A stretch of 20,000 nucleotides of DNA. It comes from an uncultured delta proteobacterium (GTDB lineage Bacteria; Desulfobacterota; Desulfobacteria; Desulfobacterales; SG8-13). Positions 9,395 through 17,859 of the stretch are shown piece after piece (position 1 is the stretch's first letter; every line of letters begins with the position of its first letter). The notes under the pieces were generated by a model. The model was not told the origin of the DNA. It was given only the letters and a program-made list of their open reading frames with translations, and made no database searches. Made by a program: the position numbers and the translations under genes. The stretch spans positions 48,121 through 68,120 of the forward strand of contig CAWKCK010000007.1 in assembly GCA_963848135.1 (NCBI GenBank), read 5' to 3'.

Positions 9395-9505
9395 GCAGTA
9401 AAGAATAAAGCAACCACTTGGGCCGAATACGTGTATCGGCAACCATTCTCACCTCCAACGATCGGTCAATCCAACCCTCAATCAGACACCATTAGGGAGT
9501 AGACT

Positions 9506-11233
9506 ATGGAACACCAGTATGACGTCGTTATCGTGGGCGCCGGTTTAGCCGGATTGCGGGCTGCCATAGAGTTGGGCGAAGGAACCAAAGTCGCCGTCCT
9601 GAGCAAGGTTTTTGCCACCCGATCCCATTCCGGGGCTGCCCAGGGCGGCATCGGTGCTGCCTTGGGAAATGAAGAAGAGGACAACTGGGAATGGCACATG
9701 TTCGATACGGTCAAGGGCAGTGATTATCTCGGCGACCAGGACGCCATCGAGATCATGACCAGAGATGCCCCGCTGACCGTCTATGAACTCGAGCACATGG
9801 GCGTGCCGTTCAATAGAACACCGGAGGGAAAAATTGCCCAACGGGCGTTTGGGGGCCACACTAGTGAATTCGGCAAAGCGGCGGTAAAAAGGGCCTGTTT
9901 CGCCGCCGACCGCACCGGCCGGGTCATCCTGGATACGCTGTGGGAGAAATGCTTGCAGCGCGGCATCGAGTTCTTCAATGAGTTTCAAATGCTTTCCCTC
10001 ATCACCAAGGATGGACACTGCTGTGGCCTGACGGCTTATGAAATGGCGACCGGCGAAATCCACGTATTCAGCAGCAAGTCCGTATTGTTGGCCACCGGCG
10101 GCGCCGGTAAAATTTTCAAAACGACTTCCAATGCACTGGCTTCCACCGGTGACGGGCTGGCCATCGCCTACCGCGCCGGTGCCCCCCTGGAGGACATGGA
10201 ATTCATCCAGTTTCATCCTACCGGAATTTATAAGCTGGGCATTCTCATCAGCGAAGCCGCGCGGGGTGAAGGCGGCATCTTGCGTAACAGCAAAGGTGAA
10301 CGTTTCATGGAACGCTACGCACCGACCATAAAAGACCTGGCACCGCGTGACATGGTCTCCCGGTGTATTCTTAAGGAGGTGCGTGCCGGCCATGGAATTG
10401 ATGGCAAAGATTACGTCAACCTCGATCTCACCCACCTGGGAGAGGAGGTCATCGGCGAGAAACTGATGGAAATCACCGAGTTTGCCAAAACATACGCCGG
10501 CGTGGATGCCCGCAAGGAACCAATACCGGTCCAGCCGACCTGTCACTACATGATGGGCGGAATCGCAACCGACGTCGACGCCCGAGTGGTTGTCGATGCC
10601 GATAGCACCCCCTTCCCAGGGCTTTACGCTGCCGGCGAATGCGCCTGCGTTTCGGTACACGGTGCCAACCGGCTGGGCTGCAACTCGTTGCTGGACACCC
10701 TGGTGTTCGGGCGCAGGGCCGGTAAGGAGATCCGCAAATTTGTCCACGCCTCTGGATATATCAAGGTCCCCTCGGACCTGGAAGATCTTGAGGCCGCCAA
10801 AATAAGGTTCCTGATGGAGAAAAACGGTACGGAAAAACTCGGCCCGATCCAGCAGGAGATGCAGGCTGTCATGATGAACAACGTCTCGGTCTTTCGCCAA
10901 AAGGATGAACTGGCTGAAGCGCTGGAGACTCTCCGCGCACTCAAGAAACGCTACCAAAATGTCAGCGTGACCGACAAGGGCAGCTGTTTCAACCGCGACC
11001 TGCTGGACACTCTTGAGCTGGGCCACATGTTGGACCTGGCAGAGGTCATGACCCTTGGCGCCTTGCACCGGGAAGAGAGTCGCGGTGCGCATTTCCGCGA
11101 GGACTTCCCTGACCGGGACGACCAGAAATTCATGGCCCACACCTTGGTCCGCTTCAACCCGCAGGAGGGCCCCCAGTTGGATACCAAGCCGGTCACCATC
11201 ACCCGCTTTGAACCCAAAGAGAGGAAGTATTAG
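9506..11233 (+). CDS. sdhA: Succinate dehydrogenase/fumarate reductase flavoprotein subunit
   Basis: GAGLAG FAD fold; RSHSGAAQGG (covalent-FAD His); QFHPTG; SEAARGEGG; DLAPRD; HYMMGG; HGANRLG; REESRGAH; C-terminal ERKY. RBS AGGGAG. Confidence 0.95.
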   Translation: MEHQYDVVIVGAGLAGLRAAIELGEGTKVAVLSKVFATRSHSGAAQGGIGAALGNEEEDNWEWHMFDTVKGSDYLGDQDAIEIMTRDAPLTVYELEHMGVPFNRTPEGKIAQRAFGGHTSEFGKAAVKRACFAADRTGRVILDTLWEKCLQRGIEFFNEFQMLSLITKDGHCCGLTAYEMATGEIHVFSSKSVLLATGGAGKIFKTTSNALASTGDGLAIAYRAGAPLEDMEFIQFHPTGIYKLGILISEAARGEGGILRNSKGERFMERYAPTIKDLAPRDMVSRCILKEVRAGHGIDGKDYVNLDLTHLGEEVIGEKLMEITEFAKTYAGVDARKEPIPVQPTCHYMMGGIATDVDARVVVDADSTPFPGLYAAGECACVSVHGANRLGCNSLLDTLVFGRRAGKEIRKFVHASGYIKVPSDLEDLEAAKIRFLMEKNGTEKLGPIQQEMQAVMMNNVSVFRQKDELAEALETLRALKKRYQNVSVTDKGSCFNRDLLDTLELGHMLDLAEVMTLGALHREESRGAHFREDFPDRDDQKFMAHTLVRFNPQEGPQLDTKPVTITRFEPKERKY

Positions 11234-11234
11234 G

Positions 11235-11939
11235 ATGAAATCAACCTTTACCATCTTTCGCTTCGACCCTGCGGTTGATAAGCAGCCCCGTTACCAGGAA
11301 TATGCCATCGATGTCGAACCCACGGACAAGATACTGGACTGTTTGAACAGAATCCGGTTCGAACAAGATCCGACACTGGTCTATCGCGCATCTTGCTCCC
11401 ACGGCATTTGCGGCTCGGACGCCATGGTCATCAATGGCCACATTGGCCTCGCCTGCCAAAAACTGGTGCGGGATTTCAAGACAGCTAACAATTTCGTGAT
11501 CGAACCGCTACCGCTGTTCAACGTTATCAAGGACCTGATTGTCGATCTGAATCCTTTTTTTGAAAAACACCGTTTTGTCAGGCCGTATTTGATCAATGAC
11601 GACCCGGTACCGAAAACCGAACGCCGCCAGAGCGCCGGAGAACAGAAAACGATCGAACCGGCTTTGCGCTGCATCCTGTGTGCCTCCTGTACATCATCCT
11701 GCCCCATTTCCCGGGCCAACCCGAATTATCTCGGTCCGGCGGCCCTGCTGCGGGCCTTTCGGTATATCTGCGACTCCCGCGATACAGCCAAGGGAAGTCG
11801 ACTGGCGCAAGTGGACACTGATGACGGGGCCTGGGGATGCAAAACAATGTGGTGGTGCACGGACGTCTGCCCAAAGGGGATTCCAGTCACAAAGTGCATC
11901 GGCCAGATCAAGAGAGCCATTAAGCAGAAGGAGGCTTAA
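11235..11939 (+). CDS. sdhB: Succinate dehydrogenase/fumarate reductase iron-sulfur subunit
   Basis: Likely start ATG 11235, 1 nt after the sdhA stop (MKSTFTIFRFDP). [2Fe-2S] CSHGICGSD..C; [4Fe-4S] CILCASCTSSCP; [3Fe-4S] CKTMWWCTDVCP. Confidence 0.94.
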   Translation: MKSTFTIFRFDPAVDKQPRYQEYAIDVEPTDKILDCLNRIRFEQDPTLVYRASCSHGICGSDAMVINGHIGLACQKLVRDFKTANNFVIEPLPLFNVIKDLIVDLNPFFEKHRFVRPYLINDDPVPKTERRQSAGEQKTIEPALRCILCASCTSSCPISRANPNYLGPAALLRAFRYICDSRDTAKGSRLAQVDTDDGAWGCKTMWWCTDVCPKGIPVTKCIGQIKRAIKQKEA

Positions 11940-12440
11940 ATGTATATACTTAAAACGCTGTCCAAAGATGCTATACCCAACGCACTGGAAAAAGCCGAAC
12001 GTTACCGTCTAATGCACGAATCCATGGAGGCTGAAAGTATTTGCAGAGACGTTCTGGAAGTCGAACCGGATAATCAAAAGGCACAGATTATCCTTTTGCT
12101 GGCGTTGACCGACAAATTCAAGCAACAACTCAACCCCGCTTTTACCCAGGCCCAGGAAGTTTTGGAAACACTGAATGACCAGTTCTGCAAAGCATATTAT
12201 GGCGGGATCATCTGTGAAAGACGGGCCAAGGCCCACATGCAACGGGGTGGCCCAGGCGCCGGTCGGGTGGCTTATGAGTGGTTCCGCAAGGCGATGAATC
12301 TTTTCGAAACCGCCCTGAACTCCTGTTCACCCGGCAACCAGGACGCCGTGCTGCGCTGGAACACTTGTGCCCGGATTATTATGCAAAATTCTGATGTGGG
12401 CCCGCCCGAAGAAGATTCCGGAGAACAGATGCTCGAATAA
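11940..12440 (+). CDS. Conserved-looking hypothetical protein, alpha-helical/TPR-like
   Basis: 166 aa; ATG directly follows the sdhB TAA with GGAGG upstream; TPR-like segment AESICRDVLEVEPDNQKAQIILLLAL; no transmembrane helices evident. Confidence 0.8.
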   Translation: MYILKTLSKDAIPNALEKAERYRLMHESMEAESICRDVLEVEPDNQKAQIILLLALTDKFKQQLNPAFTQAQEVLETLNDQFCKAYYGGIICERRAKAHMQRGGPGAGRVAYEWFRKAMNLFETALNSCSPGNQDAVLRWNTCARIIMQNSDVGPPEEDSGEQMLE

Positions 12441-12768
12441 ACCAACGCCGATTCAATTCCTTCCAGCAGATACGTTTTTCCATCATGGATAGCATCTCTG
12501 CCTCCCGATCTCTCGAAATGTTGCGGTACCTGTGAAAATGATTAACGTTTGGAGGTGCTGAATGTTTGGCACGACGCATAAACTGAAAAAAATACGATTG
12601 CCATAATTGCGTTTCGATTAATAAATGGGGCCCCATTTTTGGCAACCAGCTATAGTGGCTGTCAAAAAACGTGCCGTTTTTCGAACGTTTTTTCTACAAC
12701 CACTTATTCCATCTGTAATTCGGAATTTATTTTTGAAAAGCAGTGTAAACATAATCGAGGAGAAAAAA

Positions 12769-12966
12769 ATGGTATCCTCCGATGCTGATTTCTTCTCGCT
12801 GCCCTTGATGACGGTCGGTGAGACGGCTATATACCTGGGTGTCGGCCGTAAAATTGTCTACCAATTGCTTGAGTTTGGAGAAATCCGGGCAGTGAAGCAC
12901 AAGGGGGCAGTCCTGGTCGAAAAAGCCAGCCTGGACGCCTTCAGGTCGAGTGGAAAGTTAACCTGA
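12769..12966 (+). CDS. Small excisionase-like (HTH_17/MerR-fold) DNA-binding protein
   Basis: 65 aa from ATG 12769 with RBS GAGGAG; LMTVGETAIYLGVGRKIVYQLLEFGEIRAVK matches the excisionase-type HTH pattern. Confidence 0.82.
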   Translation: MVSSDADFFSLPLMTVGETAIYLGVGRKIVYQLLEFGEIRAVKHKGAVLVEKASLDAFRSSGKLT

Positions 12967-13042
12967 AATTGATTCCAATAACGTCGACCGGAGATCATGC
13001 CGGCCGGCGAGAATACACATAAATTAACTGGAGGTAAATGCA

Positions 13043-13567
13043 ATGCCCGACAAAAACAAAACCAGAGCCAAAGAATATTTTCAGGAAGGTATGGTCGAAT
13101 TCGTCGGCCAGAACTACGAAAAAAGTATCGAAGCCCTCAACCGGTCCATCGCGTCAGATTCAACATTCAAGCTTGCGCGCCTGAGTCGAGCAACGGCCTT
13201 TATGAAACTGGATCGTCTGGACGAGGCGCTTGCTGATTTCGATCGGGTCATTGACCTCGACCCGTCATATTCCAAGGCGTATCACTTAAGGGGGCTTGTC
13301 CATGAAAGAATCGGGGATCATAGGGCGGCATTGAATGATATCAGCAAGGCCATCGACCTGGATCCTGATTACGGGGCCGCCTACTACAGCCGCGCAAATC
13401 TACACACAAACATGGGAAATCAAGATCTGGCAATGGAAGATATCCAGGCGGTCACTCAACTGACTAGTGTCAACATCGAAAGCTTCGCCAATGATAATAA
13501 TATCTGGCGTTCGCAGCACTTGAAATTGGAAGAAACGGGTGATCTCACGGACACTATGGCCCGCTGA
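13043..13567 (+). CDS. Tetratricopeptide repeat protein
   Basis: RBS GGAGG; about four TPR units (e.g. ALADFDRVIDLDPSYSKAYHLRG, ALNDISKAIDLDPDYGAAYYSRA). Confidence 0.9.
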   Translation: MPDKNKTRAKEYFQEGMVEFVGQNYEKSIEALNRSIASDSTFKLARLSRATAFMKLDRLDEALADFDRVIDLDPSYSKAYHLRGLVHERIGDHRAALNDISKAIDLDPDYGAAYYSRANLHTNMGNQDLAMEDIQAVTQLTSVNIESFANDNNIWRSQHLKLEETGDLTDTMAR

Positions 13568-13600
13568 TCGACAGTGCTCTCTGGTACGTAGATGACTTGT

Positions 13601-13810
13601 ACCTAAAATGAGCGTTTCAAATTCAAATGGAAGGGAACCTGCTTTATTTATATGGGATTCTATCATCGTTTGATTCTAAAATTTGAAACCCGTCGGGATT
13701 GCCGATCTTGCCGCATCTACGGTGTCATATGCCGTCCAGCATAGCCTGACTATAGCGGAACGACATCTTCCTTGTAGCTGCGGCTACCTCGACAATCGCT
13801 CAAATTAGGT
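13601..13810. mobile_element. MITE-like structured repeat, copy 1 (210 bp)
   Basis: Ends ACCTAAAATGAGCG ... CGCTCAAATTAGGT (imperfect TIR); flanked by TGT on both sides (13598-13600, 13811-13813); highly similar to 16289-16519; no transposase ORF. Confidence 0.78.
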
Positions 13811-14051
13811 TGTATATTAATAACCGGACAATCAAGATTGCCGGGGCCGGATATCGGGCAATTTGCCGCCCGTTCGGCCCCGCAATGCTTCCCACCAGCC
13901 CTGCCTGCCCATGTTTCAAAATTTTAATATTTGATACACGCGTTATGGGCTTGTGAAAAAACGCAAAATGTTTTTATGGCGCGTTCTTTATAACAACAGC
14001 CCATCGTGAGGGTGGGTACGACCATTTAACATTGATGCAGTAGCACCCAAT

Positions 14052-15678
14052 ATGCCCGACATTCTTCTCGTCCAACCACCCATAAGGGATTTTTACCTGA
14101 CGGCCAAAAGGACTGTTCCCTATGGTTTGGCAAGCATTGCAGCCGCATGTGAATTGGTCGGGTTTTCGGTGGAAATCCTTGACGCCCTGGCCATATCCCG
14201 AACGCGGATCATCGAATGGCCTGAGGGAATGGATTACCTGGAGACCTTTTATGGACGTGAAGACCGCTCGCCTTTCGCACTTTTCCATCGATTCCGGCAC
14301 TACGGTTACAGCTTCGAGCATATCGCAAGATTGGCAAAACAATCCGGGGCCTTTCTGATTGGAATCTCCTCCCTTTTTACCCCTTACAGCGACGAAGCCA
14401 TGGAAACGGCAGCGCGGATAAAGACCGCTCTGCCAACCTGCCGCATTGTCATGGGGGGACATCACCCGACAGAAATGCCGGAACGCGTCATGCGATGTCC
14501 GTCGGTTGACTTCGTTATTCGGGGTGACGGTGAAAAGGCCCTACCGCTTCTGGCTTCCGCCTTGAAAAGGGGCCAGGGTTTGGAGGGTATACCCGGAATT
14601 GTCTATCGCGGAAAAAACGGGGAGGTGACCGCTTCAGAACCCCATCGACTCGGCAAACTGTCGGACATGCCTTTACCGGCCACACATTTGATTTGTCACC
14701 CATTTTATCGCAGGGGTAGAAAAAATAGTGCGGTAATCGTGGCCAGTCGAGGTTGCCCCGGACGCTGCTCCTATTGTTGTATGCGTCGCTCGTCGGGGCG
14801 GCCTTATGTGCGGCGCTCAATCGGGTCGGTGCTGGCGGAAATTGAACGGGCAGTGACGCGCGACAACGCCGGATTCATCGATTTTGAGGATGAAAACCTT
14901 TCTCTCGACCGCCCCTGGTTCTTGGCTCTACTGCATCAACTTATCATGCGCTTCGATGGCGCCGGCCTCGAGTTACGGGCCATGAACGGTCTTTTCCCGC
15001 CGTCACTGGATAGTGAAGTGGTGGCGGCCATGGCCGCTGCGGGTTTCAAGGCGCTTAACCTGTCATTGGGGTCGAGCTGCCTGGCCCAGTTGAAGCGGTT
15101 CCGGCGACCGGATGTTCGCGAAACTTTCGATTCCGCACTCGCGGCCGCCCAAAAATATGGTCTGCAAGCCGTCGGGTATGTGCTCGCAGGGGCACCGGGC
15201 CAATCCGCAGAGAGCTCGGTGGCCGACTTGCTTTACCTGGCACAACGGCGAGTGCTGACGGGAGTATCCATCTTTTACCCGGCACCGGGAAGCCCGGACT
15301 ATCAAAGATGCCGAGAATTGGGCCTATTACCGCAGAGCCTTTCTTTGATGCGATCGAGCACCCTGCCGATCGACCACACGACCAGCCGGCTGCAAGCAGC
15401 GACCTTGCTGAGATTGGGAAGAATCTCGAATTTTATGAAATCACTTTTGGATCAGAAAAAGGTGCATTCCAGCGGCACGACCTTTTACACCCGTTAAGAT
15501 CCTGGATCCTCAGGATCGCCTGGCGGTCGGGTTAAAACTGCTGGAATGGTTTCAGCACGACTGTGAGATCAGGGGCATTTCCCCTGACGGCAAGGTTTAT
15601 CGCCACAATATCGATCGCACATTGTCCAGGATGTTTCTGGATGGGTTGGGAAAAATCACCCTGCAGGGCTGCCGTTAA
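14052..15678 (+). CDS. Cobalamin-binding-domain radical SAM protein, apparent +1 frameshift at about 15456-15460
   Basis: ILLVQPP/PYGLASIAA B12-binding N-terminus, GGHHPT, RGDGE, RGCPGRCSYC (CxxxCxxC), DFEDENL. As written the frame stops at 15497; removing one A from AAAAA extends it (CIPAARPFTPVKILDPQDRLAVGLKLLEWFQHD...LQGCR) to TAA 15678. Confidence 0.85.
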
Positions 15679-15803
15679 CCCGTGGGTGACATTAATCGGC
15701 AGATAACGCTGCGGTCGCTATCGATCAGATCTGACAGCGTTCACCCTCCCCGGCATGGGAAACCATGCCCGAATTGGCCTTCTGGTTAATAAGGAATGTG
15801 AGC

Positions 15804-16190
15804 CTATCGATTCGTTATTCGAAAAAAAATGCACGGTGCGATCGCCACCCATATCAGAACAACCAGCCACACCCGACCGGCGATCAGATTGTAATCGTGA
15901 AACAGCCGGCGCCAGGTGTGCCCGGCAACATAGTGCCCGAACAGAAATTCGAACGCAACCGTCAAACCCAGCCAAACCAGTCCGATGAGATAAGCCTGCC
16001 TTAAAGAATCGGGCGGCCAGGTGCGGATAACCGCCCAGATGTAAAGGCCGAACAGGACGACGGCGGTCAGGGTGGAAAGCTGGTGCGCTGCGAGTTCGGA
16101 AACGCTTTTTCCGTACCACAACTCGCGCAGGATTCCGTTGGCAATCGCGATCAACACCATCGGTATCCAAGCCAATATATACTTCACCAT
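15804..16190 (-). CDS. Small integral membrane protein of unknown function
   Basis: 128 aa with about four hydrophobic segments; motifs IANGILRE, WLGLTVAFEFLFGHY, DYNLIAGRVW; purine-rich AGGA segments upstream. Confidence 0.82.
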   Translation of the reverse strand: MVKYILAWIPMVLIAIANGILRELWYGKSVSELAAHQLSTLTAVVLFGLYIWAVIRTWPPDSLRQAYLIGLVWLGLTVAFEFLFGHYVAGHTWRRLFHDYNLIAGRVWLVVLIWVAIAPCIFFRITNR

Positions 16191-16288
16191 CCTTTGTTTC
16201 CTGTCACTTCACATTAGGACGCCGGTCGAAATCCCGTTCTGTTTCCGGGGACCATTATTGATTGTCCACTTTCAAACCGGTATGTTTA

Positions 16289-16519
16289 GCCTAAAATGAG
16301 CGTTTCAAATTTTAAATGGAGAGGGAACTGCTTTATAATATAAGGAATTCTATCATAGTTTGATTTTAAAATTTGAAACCCGTCGGGATTGCCGACTTAT
16401 CCGCCTCTGGAGGGTTGCCGCATCTACGGCGTCATATACCGTCCCGCATAGTTGACTATAGCGGAACGACATCTTCCTTGTATCTGCGGCAAGAGCCTCG
16501 ACAATCGCTCAAATTAGGT
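16289..16519. mobile_element. MITE-like structured repeat, copy 2 (231 bp)
   Basis: Ends GCCTAAAATGAGCG ... CGCTCAAATTAGGT; flanked by TTA on both sides (16286-16288, 16520-16522); same orientation as copy 1; carries an extra ~17 nt at 16396-16414. Confidence 0.78.
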
Positions 16520-16524
16520 TTAAA

Positions 16525-17142
16525 TCAATCGGCCTCGGCGGGCGGAAAACTATTCGGAAAAAATCGATTAATAATTTCCTCAACCTTTTTCAGCCAGCCG
16601 GCACGCTCAGCATGGCTACTTGTTATCACGACGGTAAACATCTCCCGAAAGAATGTGGGAACGCCGCACAAATCAAAAATGCAGTTTTCCCAAAGACGTT
16701 GCAAAGGATCGCCAAATACTTCTTGTTCTCTATCAACCGGCGTGTTTGCCGTATTGAATATAATTGCCGCACGTGCTTTCAGGAGGCCAATGGGAATGCC
16801 TTCGCCTGTGTCTCCTTCAAGAAACCGGTAGGCAACCTCGGGTCTAATAACCCGATCGATCCACCCCTTGAGTACCGCAGGGGGTTGCCCCCACCAATTG
16901 GGATGCACGATGACAATACCATCAGCCGATTTTATCTCATCGCAATGTTTCTTTATATCCGGGGGTAAGGGAACATCCGTGGCGATTTCCGAAGCTGGCA
17001 GCAGAGGATTAAATTTTTCGGCATAGAGGTCATGGAAGTTGACTTTATATCCGTTCTTTTCCAACTGCGTGGCAACCGTCGATGCAATGGCATGGTTAAA
17101 ACTGTGCGTGTCCGGGTGGCCCAAGATAACTGAAACGTTCAA
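16525..17142 (-). CDS. Flavodoxin-fold NAD(P)H-dependent (quinone) oxidoreductase, Flavodoxin_2 family
   Basis: VILGHPDTHSFNHAI, HDLYAEKFNP, IVHPNWWGQPPAVLKGWIDRV; TTG start with GAGAAGGA RBS. Confidence 0.9.
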   Translation of the reverse strand: MNVSVILGHPDTHSFNHAIASTVATQLEKNGYKVNFHDLYAEKFNPLLPASEIATDVPLPPDIKKHCDEIKSADGIVIVHPNWWGQPPAVLKGWIDRVIRPEVAYRFLEGDTGEGIPIGLLKARAAIIFNTANTPVDREQEVFGDPLQRLWENCIFDLCGVPTFFREMFTVVITSSHAERAGWLKKVEEIINRFFPNSFPPAEAD

Positions 17143-17260
17143 ATTAGAATCCTTCTCACTGGATGAAAATTCAGGGAAAAATTGCCTGTTCAGTGTCTGA
17201 TGACACCGGCAATTAGCGCAACCCGAAAGGCGGCTTGCGATCGGACATGCGGACAGGAAT

Positions 17261-17627
17261 TCATATCCAGACGTTTTCTTCGGCAGTCATTGCACTACCG
17301 GCATCACCCGTGTTAATCGTACCGGCGGGCTCGACCAGTATTATTCTGCATTCCTTCTGCGCATAAGGCTTGTGCGCGAGTCCCTTTGGGGACCACGCAC
17401 ATCTCCCCAGCCTTCAACTCGATTTTTTCTTTACCAAAATCAATCGGTCATTTTGCCACTGTAAACAATAAACACTTCATCTGTTTCGTCATGGCTGTGC
17501 CAGACGAAATCACCTTTAATTTTGACGAGCTTGAAATGGTAATCATTCATTTGAGCGATGATTTTGGGAGACCAGTGATCGGAGAAATGGGAGAACTTTC
17601 CTGCAAATTGATTGGCGTGTAGTCCAT
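17261..17627 (-). pseudogene. Cupin-domain protein with three single-base frameshifts
   Basis: Not in the ORF track. Reconstructed: [121 protein letters not shown]. Cupin WHxH...E and PxG..H motifs. Indels at about 17597-17599, 17446-17447 and 17382-17384. Confidence 0.85.
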
Positions 17628-17656
17628 TTTACCTTTTTACCTTCCATTTGCCTTTC

Positions 17657-17690
17657 TTAACCCGGATGTTTCATGAAATATTCGGGTTAA
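17657..17690. repeat. 34-bp near-perfect palindrome
   Basis: TTAACCCGGATGTTTCA|TGAAATATTCGGGTTAA; the only two mismatched pairs are G-T. Confidence 0.75.
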
Positions 17691-17859
17691 GTGGCCGCAA
17701 CCAGACGTGCTCGGCAACATCGCCATGTACCGGGAACCATGCGCCATGATCGACATCCCGATCGTATTTCTTCGACAAGTTCAAACCGATCGGGTTATTC
17801 CACCATCCCTGCCGGATAACCTTTTCAGTGAATTGACCCGAACATTACTTTTGTTTGTA

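Noticed and set aside
11055..11234. 60-aa N-terminal extension of SdhB in the ORF track
   Set aside because: Overlaps the sdhA 3' end; SdhB homology starts at ATG 11235.
9545..11254. 569-aa antisense ORF over sdhA
   Set aside because: Codon-register shadow of a conserved GC3-rich gene; no recognisable motifs.
12566..12582. TTGGCACG upstream of the HTH gene as a sigma54 -24 box
   Set aside because: No GC at the -12 position (reads ATAA).
13601..16519. Composite transposon carrying the radical SAM and membrane protein genes between the two repeats
   Set aside because: Each copy has its own matching 3-bp flanks while the outer flanks (TGT vs TTA) differ, indicating independent insertions.
16373..16831. 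152-aa plus-strand ORF starting inside repeat copy 2 as a possible transposase
   Set aside because: No DDE or HUH motifs; mostly antisense to the flavodoxin-fold gene; not preserved in copy 1.
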